Part shown: one piece after another, positions 49,569-58,700 of the stretch
How the letters are laid out: the number at the start of each line of letters is the position of its first letter
Numbering within the stretch: the first letter of the stretch is position 1
IMG/VR virus record: IMGVR_UViG_3300025536_000003
Coordinates: 1-59,270 of that record
Strand: one strand, 5' to 3'
Source: a virus
Length of the DNA stretch: 59,270 bases
The notes under the pieces: model-generated
Seen by the model: only the letters and a program-made list of their open reading frames with translations
Databases searched by the model: none
Told to the model about the DNA's origin: nothing
Position numbers and translations under genes: made by a program

Positions 49569-51976
49569 ACCCGCTCAAATTGACACTCGTAGGTTTCAAG
49601 GGCATCAAGGCCGGCCAAGGCGTGGACGAGATCACGATCGATCTGACCGTCGACGGTGAGCTGCTCGCGCTCGCCGGCAAGAACGGCGCCGGCAAGACCA
49701 CGGTGTTGGACAACCTCTCGCCTTACAGAATCATGCCCAGCCGCGCCTCGTCCTACTCGACCGGCTCGTTCTCGTACTTCGATCACGCGTACGGCCAGGC
49801 GAAAAAGGTGCTGCTCTGGGAGCACGATGGGATCACCTACGAGTCGACCATCCTCATCAAGGGCGCGAACAAGACCAAGTCGCAGGAGTGCTACCTGAAT
49901 CGCGTGATGGACGGCAAGACCGTGCCGTGCACGCTCGTCGACGGCACGGTCAGTGACGGCAAGACCCGCTCGTACGACCTGCTCGTCGAGGGGATCCTGG
50001 GCACGCCGGAGATGTTCTTCACCGCGGCGTTTTCTTGCCAAGGCCGCAAGACCCTGAACGACTACGCGCCCGGCGAGGTCAAGACCCTGATGGGCGACAT
50101 GCTCGGGCTCGAACCGTTACGGACCCTGTCGGCCGAGGCCAATGACCGCGCCAAGAGCTACCGGGCGCAACTGGACGCGCTTCGTGGGCGGCAGGGACGG
50201 GCTACGGAGATCCTTGCCGAGCAGACTGACCTGCTGGAACGTGAAGTCGCCGCCGTCGAAGCGAAATGCACCGCTGAGCTACGCAAGGACGCCGCCAAGG
50301 CCGCCGAGACCCAGACCGCTCAGCGCCTGCTCGAAGCGCGCCAGGACGCCGCCAGTCAAGCGGAGACCATCCGCCGCAGGGAAACCCTCACCCAACAACT
50401 GGACGGCGTCACCGCGCGCGCTACAGCCGCGCTGCGTGACCTGACGAGCGACTTCGAAGCCCGTCAGGATGCCATCCGCCACGGGATCGCTCAGGCCAAG
50501 GGCGAGCAGCAGCGCAACGAGCTTCAGCGGAATGCAGCACAACGCCGGATCGCCGAGGACACCGCGCTGCTCGCCGAGCGTGAGGCGATCGAGGCGGCGA
50601 ACGAACGACTCTTGACCATCGACGCGGAACTGGTGACGGCTCGTGACGCCCTCGCCGCCGCGGAAGCCGAGGACGCCGCCTATCAGGCGACTGCACAGGC
50701 CGTCGAGAAAGCTGCCGCTGCGCTGCGAGTACTGGACTCTGAAGGTAAGTCCATGGGCGCTGCCTGTCAGGCTGCCAAGGACCGCGCCGGCCTTACCGAT
50801 GACGTTCCCTGCCGTGGCACCGACCTGCAAGGCCGCTGCCAACTCCTGAGCGAAGCGATGACGGCGAAGGCGGCCCTGCCGGCCCAGAAACAAGCCCTCG
50901 AAGCGAAGCGCGAAGAGCGCCGAGCTGCACACGCCAAGCTGACCACCGAGCAGACCGCACTCGGACTCATGGACCGGCCCGATGTGAAGGCCGCGCGCGG
51001 CACGGTCGCGAAACTCGAACAGGAAGCCCGTGCTACCAGTTCCCTGGCTGCGAAGCAGTCGGCGATCACTGCTGCGGTCGCGCGGCTCGCCGACGATCAG
51101 GCCGCGATCGAGAACATGACTCAGGCCATGGCTTCACTGGACGAGCGGATCGCATCGAGCACAGAGCAGCTCGTTCAGATCGAAGCCGACCACGTCATGC
51201 GGTTCTCTGATCTGTCTCTGCAATTCGATGCCGAGAAAAAGACGCTGCAGGCCGAGATCGACGCCCTCCCGCCGACCGATGCCGAGGCGCTCAAAGCCGC
51301 GACCGCCGCATCGGCACAGGCCATCGTCGAACTCGAGAACGCCGAACAGGCCCTGGATGAAGCCCGCACCCGGGTCACGACCATCGCCGCGCGCCAGGAA
51401 GCGCTCGCCCACGAGTTGCAGGCGCTGTCGGCCGATCTATCGAAGGCCAAAACGCTCGAACACGAGGTCGCGCAGTGGACGCTGCTGTCGAAAGCCTTGG
51501 GCAACGAGGGCATCATCGCGCTCTCGATCGATGACGCCGGCCCGACGCTGACGAGCCTCGCCAATGACATCCTGACCGAGTGCTATGGGCCGCGGTTCTC
51601 GGTGGCCCTGGTGACCCAGGAAGAGACCAAGACCGGTACCCTGCGGGAAACGTTCGACATCATCGTCTACGACGCCGAGCGCGGCGATCAGAAGTCCCTC
51701 AGTGATGTTTCGGGTGGTGAGCGGGTCTATCTCAACGAAGCCCTCACACGCGCCATTGCGCTCTATCTCGGTCAGCTCTCCGGCCGGCAGTACGAGTGCC
51801 TGTTCTCGGACGAGGCCGACGGCGCCCTGGACGCGGAGAAAAAGCGCCAGTGGGCGCGAATGATGCGCGCGGTGCTGAGACTGTCAGGCGCGCGGCGGCA
51901 GATCTTCATCACTCACTCGGCCGAGGTCCGTGAATGCGCGGACACGGTCATCGACGTTGCGGCGATGGCCGCGTAA
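49565..51976 (+). CDS. sbcC: SbcC/Rad50-like ATPase (803 aa)
   Basis: Start at ATG 49565 (ATGA-coupled). Walker A GKNGAGKTT, a long coiled coil, signature VSGGER, Walker B LFSDEADGALD. Confidence 0.75.
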   Translation: MNPLKLTLVGFKGIKAGQGVDEITIDLTVDGELLALAGKNGAGKTTVLDNLSPYRIMPSRASSYSTGSFSYFDHAYGQAKKVLLWEHDGITYESTILIKGANKTKSQECYLNRVMDGKTVPCTLVDGTVSDGKTRSYDLLVEGILGTPEMFFTAAFSCQGRKTLNDYAPGEVKTLMGDMLGLEPLRTLSAEANDRAKSYRAQLDALRGRQGRATEILAEQTDLLEREVAAVEAKCTAELRKDAAKAAETQTAQRLLEARQDAASQAETIRRRETLTQQLDGVTARATAALRDLTSDFEARQDAIRHGIAQAKGEQQRNELQRNAAQRRIAEDTALLAEREAIEAANERLLTIDAELVTARDALAAAEAEDAAYQATAQAVEKAAAALRVLDSEGKSMGAACQAAKDRAGLTDDVPCRGTDLQGRCQLLSEAMTAKAALPAQKQALEAKREERRAAHAKLTTEQTALGLMDRPDVKAARGTVAKLEQEARATSSLAAKQSAITAAVARLADDQAAIENMTQAMASLDERIASSTEQLVQIEADHVMRFSDLSLQFDAEKKTLQAEIDALPPTDAEALKAATAASAQAIVELENAEQALDEARTRVTTIAARQEALAHELQALSADLSKAKTLEHEVAQWTLLSKALGNEGIIALSIDDAGPTLTSLANDILTECYGPRFSVALVTQEETKTGTLRETFDIIVYDAERGDQKSLSDVSGGERVYLNEALTRAIALYLGQLSGRQYECLFSDEADGALDAEKKRQWARMMRAVLRLSGARRQIFITHSAEVRECADTVIDVAAMAA

Positions 51977-51985
51977 GGAGCATCC

Positions 51986-52456
51986 ATGAACGCACAACTG
52001 ATCGAGACCAACATCGACGGCCACGACGTGATGCTCTCGCGCGAGACCATCATCATGCTGGCGCGCAGGGCGCAGGTGACGGAGACCGAGTTACAGGGCC
52101 CGGCCATCATCGAAGACAGCGACGCACAACGCGTGCTCGGCTTGGCTGATGGCAGTCTCATCACGATCGCGAAACTGGAAAACGACACGAAGTACGGTGT
52201 CCGCATCCATAACATTTACCGATCTGGCCAACTCGTCAATCTGAACTCCGGCAAAGCTATACCTGTCGACGAGCCCATCATGATCTTCCGCGCCCAGGAC
52301 AAGCTCGCGCTGACGGCCATCGAAGCCTATGCACGCGCGGTCGAGAACGCCGGCAGCATGGTCAACCCGCTGACCACGCAATCGGCGGCCGAGCGGTTCA
52401 TGAAGTTCTGCGAGTTCCAGCGCGAGCACCCGGAGCGGGTGAAGGAGCCGTCGTGA
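51986..52456 (+). CDS. Hypothetical protein (156 aa)
   Basis: ORF. Confidence 0.6.
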   Translation: MNAQLIETNIDGHDVMLSRETIIMLARRAQVTETELQGPAIIEDSDAQRVLGLADGSLITIAKLENDTKYGVRIHNIYRSGQLVNLNSGKAIPVDEPIMIFRAQDKLALTAIEAYARAVENAGSMVNPLTTQSAAERFMKFCEFQREHPERVKEPS

Positions 52457-53040
52457 CCACCAGAGTCATCTGCGCAGATCCGCCTTGGGCCTTCAGTGAT
52501 TCTCTGCCCGGCAAGAGTCGCGGCGCGTCGAAAAGCTATCGCTGCCTGCCACTGCACGAGATCATGCGCTTCCCGTTGCCCGATCTCGCCGACAACTGCG
52601 TGCTGTTCCTGTGGCGTGTCTCGGCGATGCAGGAGGAAGCGTTACAGGTCGTCAGAGCCTGGGGTTTCAAGCCGCACTCGGAGATGGTCTGGGTGAAGCT
52701 CACTGTCACCGGCAAGAAGAGCTTCGGCATGGGCCGCATCGTGAGAGGCGCACACGAGACCTGCATCATCGCCGTCCGTGGTCGCAACGTCCCTGAGAGT
52801 CGTCGCGAACGTAGCGTGTTCGAAGCGCCGATCGGTGAGCACTCGGCGAAGCCTGAGCAGTTCTACGACATCGTCGAGCGAATGTTCCCAGGGCCGTATG
52901 CCGAACTCTTCGCGCGGCGGCAGCGGGACGGCTGGTCTTGCTTTGGCGATGAACTACCGAACACCTGCCCGGCGGACGTAACCATGCTTGGTTCGTCGGA
53001 TGACGTCGGGCAGGGTCTTAACGGAGAGCGATTAGTATGA
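52453..53040 (+). CDS. MT-A70-family N6-adenine DNA methyltransferase (195 aa)
   Basis: ICADPPWAF (DPPW) and the MT-A70-like core. Confidence 0.75.
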   Translation: MTTRVICADPPWAFSDSLPGKSRGASKSYRCLPLHEIMRFPLPDLADNCVLFLWRVSAMQEEALQVVRAWGFKPHSEMVWVKLTVTGKKSFGMGRIVRGAHETCIIAVRGRNVPESRRERSVFEAPIGEHSAKPEQFYDIVERMFPGPYAELFARRQRDGWSCFGDELPNTCPADVTMLGSSDDVGQGLNGERLV

Positions 53041-53363
53041 GCCACCTGCTCAAGGCTCAAGAGGTCGCCGACCAACTCGGCGTCAGCCTGCAGACCGTCT
53101 GGCGGCTGGTGGACACCGACAAGCTGACGGCGGTACGCTTGACCGCGCACCGTAGAGGATGGAGGTTTACGCAGGCTGACGTGGCTGCGTGCATAGAAGC
53201 ATGTCGATCCGGCCACGTGGCTCCAGCTACATCGTCGACGTTAAAGTCGGCGCTCGCCGCGCTCGACGAACAGCTCGGACCCGCGCGGAAGCCCGCGAAC
53301 TCGAGGGCCAGATCCGCGCCGAACTCAAGGCCGCCCCGGCTCGCGGTATTGCCGAGGCCCTGA
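53037..53363 (+). CDS. xis: Excisionase-type HTH protein (108 aa)
   Basis: LLKAQEVADQLGVSLQTVWRLVDTDKL. Directly upstream of int, with its 3' end overlapping int in another frame. Confidence 0.55.
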   Translation: MSHLLKAQEVADQLGVSLQTVWRLVDTDKLTAVRLTAHRRGWRFTQADVAACIEACRSGHVAPATSSTLKSALAALDEQLGPARKPANSRARSAPNSRPPRLAVLPRP

Positions 53364-54106
53364 CCGACTACCTGGCTGGTGAAGCAACAACCCTCCGTGA
53401 CAGCAAGGGTCTGAAGACCAACGCCCGAGCCCTTCTTCCGTACATTCTGACCGCGACCCTGGACGAGGCACCGACCGTCGCGGCCCGGATGCGCCGAGAC
53501 TGGCTCGAAGCGGGGCTGGCGCCGGCCACCATCAATCGCCGCCTGGCCCTGCTACGTCGACTCATGAATCTGGCATTCGAGTGGGGCTGGACGGACAAGG
53601 CTTTGGGCAGGCGGATCAAGCTGCTCCCCGAGCACAACGAGCGCCACGTCTACCTGACGCCGGTCCAGGTCGAAGCCATCGCGGCCGCCATGCCCCAGGC
53701 GGGCGATCTCGTGCGAGTCTCGGCGTACACCGGCCTGCGGCTCGGCGAACTCATGCGGCTGACCGCTGACAACGTCGTCGACGGCACCCTCGTCATCTAC
53801 ATGACGAAGAACGCCAAGCCGCGGACGATCCCGGTGCCAGACCGGATCACCCATTTACTGGAACAGATCCCTTGGGCGGTGACCGAGTATGTCCGGCGCA
53901 CCGAGTGGGAAGCCGCCCGGGTGGCCGTCGGCCTGCCGAATGTCCACTGGCACGATCTCCGGCACACCTACGCGTCCTGGTTGGCGGCGCGCGGCGTCAG
54001 CGACCGCGAACTCGGTGAACTCTTAGGCCACCGCTCGGCCAGCATGGTCCGCCGCTACGCCCACCTGCGGGCCGATCATCTGCGGGCGCGGGTGGCTGAC
54101 TTGTGA
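53201..54106 (+). CDS. int: Tyrosine integrase (301 aa)
   Basis: YTGLRLGEL, HWHDLRHTYASW, LLGHRSASMVRRYAHL. Confidence 0.85.
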   Translation: MSIRPRGSSYIVDVKVGARRARRTARTRAEARELEGQIRAELKAAPARGIAEALTDYLAGEATTLRDSKGLKTNARALLPYILTATLDEAPTVAARMRRDWLEAGLAPATINRRLALLRRLMNLAFEWGWTDKALGRRIKLLPEHNERHVYLTPVQVEAIAAAMPQAGDLVRVSAYTGLRLGELMRLTADNVVDGTLVIYMTKNAKPRTIPVPDRITHLLEQIPWAVTEYVRRTEWEAARVAVGLPNVHWHDLRHTYASWLAARGVSDRELGELLGHRSASMVRRYAHLRADHLRARVADL

Positions 54107-54116
54107 GAAAATAACA

Positions 54117-54148
54117 GGGACACCGACGGCTGGAACCGTCGGTGTCCC
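54117..54148. terminator. Perfect 13-bp hairpin after int (no U tract)
   Basis: GGGACACCGACGG-CTGGAA-CCGTCGGTGTCCC. Confidence 0.4.
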
Positions 54149-54175
54149 CTGACCGCATCGCCTGAGAAGGAGGCA

Positions 54176-54766
54176 ATGATGGCTGATCCCGATACTATCT
54201 TGCCACGCGGTGTTAGAAAACGCGGCTCTAGTTTTTACGTCGATTACAAGGTGATGGGTCGTCGATGCCGTCATGTTGTATCTGCCACCAGCCCAGAGGA
54301 AGCGGCGCAACAGCGCGATAAACTCGTGTCTGAGGCGATGCGGCTGCACCCATGGAGGAAGCAGGCCGGCAAAGCTATCCCGCCAGAGTTGAGCATTATG
54401 CCGTGGGCGGATCCCAGCAAGTGGATGCAGACTTATTTCGCTCGCGTTGCTCGCAATGCGGTGGCGCGAGGAATAGAAGTTCAGATGACTGCGGATGAGG
54501 CTATTACTCTGCTTGCAGAGACCGGCGGCTATTGTTCTCTGACCGGATTACCGTTTTCGGATAGGCGACAAGCGGGTTGGCGCGTTGCACCATTCAAGCC
54601 GTCACTAGATCGAGTCAGAAACAATGCGCCGTATTCTGCGAATAACTGCCGATGGATCTGCGCAGCGGCCAATATCGCCCTTAACGATTATGGAGAAAAC
54701 GTATTCTCGCAAATCGCACTGGCTTATGCTGAGCGCGTCCTTCGTGCGGCACGATATAGGGCTTGA
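54176..54766 (+). CDS. Integrase-arm-binding-like N-domain fused to a His-Me (HNH-like) domain (196 aa)
   Basis: SD AAGGAGG. RKRGSSFYVDYKVMGRRCRH parallels the Int N-terminus RPRGSSYIVDVKVGARRARR. C-half PSLDRVRNNAPYSANNCRW. Lower GC. Confidence 0.5.
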   Translation: MMADPDTILPRGVRKRGSSFYVDYKVMGRRCRHVVSATSPEEAAQQRDKLVSEAMRLHPWRKQAGKAIPPELSIMPWADPSKWMQTYFARVARNAVARGIEVQMTADEAITLLAETGGYCSLTGLPFSDRRQAGWRVAPFKPSLDRVRNNAPYSANNCRWICAAANIALNDYGENVFSQIALAYAERVLRAARYRA

Positions 54767-54825
54767 GTAGGGGCACACTTGCATGAGACCGGTTTCACTT
54801 TAAGCTCGCAAGCTGCTGAAATATT

Positions 54826-54884
54826 TGGTGCCCGGGGCCGGAATCGAACCGGCACGGCCGTGAGGCCGGCGGATTTTAAGTCGG
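54826..54884 (-). other. attP core: 3' portion of a tRNA-Leu(UAA) (anticodon loop to CCA)
   Basis: Minus strand CTTAAAA-TCCGC-CGGCCTCACGGCCGTG-CCGGTTCGATTCCGG... CCCCGGGC-A-CCA. The 5' half of the tRNA is absent. Confidence 0.7.
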
Positions 54885-55052
54885 GCGCACGAGGATTCTC
54901 AACGCGTTTTCAATGAGATAAGCGCGCTCTTCATTCCTGGAACAACGATTTAGGCCCTGCCATTCCCCGACTGGGGCACAAAGTGGGGCACATCACAATG
55001 TCCAATTTGCCACCCACGCCGCTCCCGGTGTAGCCTTCGCTCGGGGGTGCCT

Positions 55053-55385
55053 ATGAAACGCTACGCGCTATTCCTGATCTTGCTGACCGGCTGTGCTTCG
55101 AGCCAAGTCTCCCGCTATGCCGGCGGGATCTTCCTCGAGAAGCACGCCATGGAACAGGACGTGACAGCCTGCGAAGCTGATCGCGCATTCTCTCCGACCT
55201 TCATGAAGACCCATGTGATAGGCGAGACCTACTGTGAGACGGCCTTGAAGAAGGCCCGGTGCTGGATGGGTCAAGTCGATTACAGCCCGCCGTGGTATGA
55301 CCGCTCCGTACGCGGGTTCGAGCGGCCTTTCTGCGAGCGATTCGGGAAGGCGCCGGAATCGGTGACGCATAAACCCTTGGGGTGA
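55053..55385 (+). CDS. Lipoprotein (110-aa precursor), moron candidate
   Basis: MKRYALFLILLTG|C lipobox. ATG after GGGGG. Several Cys residues. Confidence 0.65.
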   Translation: MKRYALFLILLTGCASSQVSRYAGGIFLEKHAMEQDVTACEADRAFSPTFMKTHVIGETYCETALKKARCWMGQVDYSPPWYDRSVRGFERPFCERFGKAPESVTHKPLG

Positions 55386-55705
55386 AAGCTGCGGTGGTGT
55401 TGTTGGTGCTCGTCGCTGTCTGGCAGACCGAGCGCTTTCAACGCTGGATCAATCCCGACACCTACTACACCAATCAAGTCCGCGACTACCAGGACGCGAT
55501 TGCGTACGCGCGCATGGCTATCCTGGAACACCGAGAGGCGATCAGCACGCTGCCCTTGATTGATGAGGCCGATGCTGAGGTCCGGCCGATGTTGGTCCGT
55601 GGGCTCGAAGCGGACATCGCCGCGGAGGAAGAGATGATTGACTGGTACCAGGAGCAGATCCGCGCCCTGGATGCGGCCTTAGCGGAGTTTCGCCGACACC
55701 ACTGA
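55382..55705 (+). CDS. Membrane-anchored coiled-coil protein (107 aa)
   Basis: GTG is GTGA-coupled to the lipoprotein gene. N-terminal AAVVLLVLVAVW. Convergently overlaps the end of the giant gene by 27 nt. Confidence 0.5.
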   Translation: MKAAVVLLVLVAVWQTERFQRWINPDTYYTNQVRDYQDAIAYARMAILEHREAISTLPLIDEADAEVRPMLVRGLEADIAAEEEMIDWYQEQIRALDAALAEFRRHH

Positions 55706-58700
55706 TTCTCTGGCGAAGGTCTGTAGATCCTTCTGCATGCGGATCAGCTTCTCGCGGTACTTTTCTGCCATCGCCTTACGTTCGTCACGGCTGAGGGAGC
55801 GATCTTTCATGATGGCCGACTGCGCCCGTTTCACTTCCGAGATCTGCCACTTCATGTAGCGGATGGTCTGCTGGCGTTGCTTCAGCGGTTCGATGGGGTA
55901 GATGTTGATGCCGGCGAACCGTGCCAGTGCTTGCGGCAAGGTCGATCGCGGTTCGCCGCGCTTGTCGGTCACACCTGCCAGGGCTTCGTAGAGATGTCCT
56001 GCAGCCCCTCGATAGGTGCTGTGGTCATGGAACGGAGGTATGCCGACCAGCCAGCCCGGGGCGGCCATGCCGTAGAGATAGGTGATCCAGGCATGCAGTT
56101 TTTCAGAGCCGGTCGACGATTCGCGGACGATTTCTTTCTTCGTGAAGGAATCACGACCGGTCTTGATCGCCGCCAACAGATCGGGAAGTGGACCACCGAA
56201 CAAGCCATTGGCCATGACGAGATCGCCCAAGTGACTCGACTCTCCGGTTGTCGCGAGATCTTTCGCGGTCCGTCCAATCTTGGTCAGTGTCTCGGTATAG
56301 AACGACCACGGCATGAAGTAGCCGAGATCGGCGTACTGCCAGCGGCCATGCTCGTCCTTGACCGGGATCATGACGGCGTGGCCCTTCTCTCTGAGCCATT
56401 CAGGAAGCGCCTTCTTCAGGGCATCCATGTCGTCGTCATCCGCACCGGTCATCAACTGGGCAATCAGTCCAGCACCGTAGAACAGGGCCAGGTAGGGCAG
56501 GTATCTCCAAGGGGCGGTAATGGCCACCTCGAGCAGTCTGGGCAGGACTTTTAAGGTAAAGGTAAGGAATGGGAACCCTATCGGCGCGTTCCTGAGATAG
56601 CGGGTATTCCGACCTACCAGCGAGTAGTCGAACAGCCATTCCTGCGCTTCCAGTGCGGCATCGGCCTCTGACTTCCCTTCCCGTTCCACGGCATCCATGA
56701 TCTTCATGATCTTGCCCAGGGTCTCGGCCATCTGATAGGCATCCCCGGTAACGTCGATGATCTTGCCGGCCAAGGTCTTCAGCGTCAGCAGACTGAAGCC
56801 ATCCCGTTGACGGACCAGCATGTCGGTCACTTCGTTCTCGATGCGCATCAATTCCTGCGCGGCGAAGGTCGATTCCGTCACCCCGTACTTGACGCCGATC
56901 TTGTAGAACGGGCCCTTGGTGCGGACTTCCATGGCGGCGCGGCGCATGTAGCCCGGGATCTTGTGCATCGGCACGCCGGACAGATTGAGCAGGACGAGAT
57001 TGGACACGATGTTGCGGATCTGAGCTGGCGGATTGGCTGCCACTTTCGCCCACTTCCAGAGTTGGGTCGCCTTCGTGCCCCAGCCGCCGTAACCCAGGAT
57101 CTTTTCAGCGATCCCAGCTTCGTCGCCCAGGATCCTTCCGACACCGACGATGTCGTCGTAGATCTCCCGACGTACCACCAGTCCCCTGATAGCCCCGTAG
57201 CGGGCCGTGTTCGGCACCTTGGCGTAACCCTGCGGGACTTCTTCAGCAGAGATCCCTGCAGCAGCCAGCGTTGAATCCGCCAGCTCGTCCATGGTCTTCG
57301 CGGCGTCCATGGCTTGCTTCTGGTGATCGCCCTGGTAATAGGCCGCCCGTTCACGAAGTTTCGAGGCTTCCGCTTTCAGCCAGAACGGCGTCACCTTGCG
57401 GGCCTTGGTCATTCCCGGAGCCGTCCAGCCGACGGTCTGCCCTGGCAGGGCCCAGTCCGCATTCTCTGCGATACGGGACAGCCAGTTCAGGATGGCGAGG
57501 TCACGGAGCGGAATACCCAGTGCACGAGACGCGAGGAAGGCCGGATCCTTGATCTCACCCAGGATGACGTCGCGGTACTCCTGTGGCAGGGTTTCATTAC
57601 GCTTCTTGGCGTACCCTTGGGATGACAGGGTCTTGCCCGTCCCAACAGCAGCCACGGCCCGGTCACCCAAGAGATAGGCGAGGTAGACCCGGGGAAGATA
57701 CCGGCCCTGGTAGGCTTCGAACGATTCCACCGGAATGACGCCAGCCTCGACCAGCGCTTGTCCCGTCTTGTCGATGAGCGCCTTGGCCTTGGCCGCTTCC
57801 TTCTTCAGGGCGGGATCGGACACGGTGTCCAGCGTCCCTTCGGTGTCGGTCAGGTAGGCGTAGAGCGCTTCACCGTCGGCCTTGCTGGCTTTGCGGAAGA
57901 TGTCGTAGATGGACCGTGCTACGCGCTGCGTTTCGGCAATTCGACCGAGCGTCAGATAGCGATCCTTGAGGTAGTCCGTACGCCCGGCGAGCGTCGCCAA
58001 GGGTTTCGTCTTGGCATCCAGCCAGTTGACGATGGTCAGGGCGCGATCCTTCAGATTCTGGCGGGACTTCTCGGCTTCGGGTGCGATGGAGTCGGTGTCC
58101 TCGCTGCGCGCGAACTTCGTACCCACATCCCGCTCCGCCGATCGCATCGCAGCACCCTTCGCCAGCTCCACCAACGCATCCGGACTGATGGCGCGGGTGA
58201 AGCCCATGCGAATGAGGAAGGCGCGGATCTTGGCGATGATGCGCTTGACCAGCGGCAGGTCGTGGTTGGCTCTGTCGGTGACGAGCCAGGCCATCGTTTC
58301 TTCGGCGACGTGATCCGGGTTGGTGCTCGAGGGGACTTGCGCACGGGCCTGCTTGGCGGCGCGGGCCAGGGCGTTGTTGGTCTTCGACCGGGATGCCTGC
58401 ATGACCTGTTGCGACAGCTCGTCGAACAGCGTGTCGCCCAGCATCTGACGCAGGCCGTGGTGCACGCCGAGCTCGTGGAGCAGGATGGCGTAGGCGTCTT
58501 CGAGGCCGGCGACTGTCTGCCCTGCGGACAGTGCGTCGGCGATGAGATAGACCTTGCCCTTGTGCGTGAAGCCGTGGACCGTACCGGTGCTGATGGCGCG
58601 CTTGGCGTCCGGCGGCAGGGTCGTGTCTTCGCTCGTCGTGATGACGAGCGTGCCGGCGTCGACCAGACGTTGGACACCGGGACCGAGTCGGTCGGTCAGG

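Noticed and set aside
54826-54900. A second complete tRNA gene
   Set aside because: Only the anticodon loop to the CCA end is present. The 5' acceptor and D arm are missing, and the anticodon stem cannot pair. It is interpreted as the attP core.
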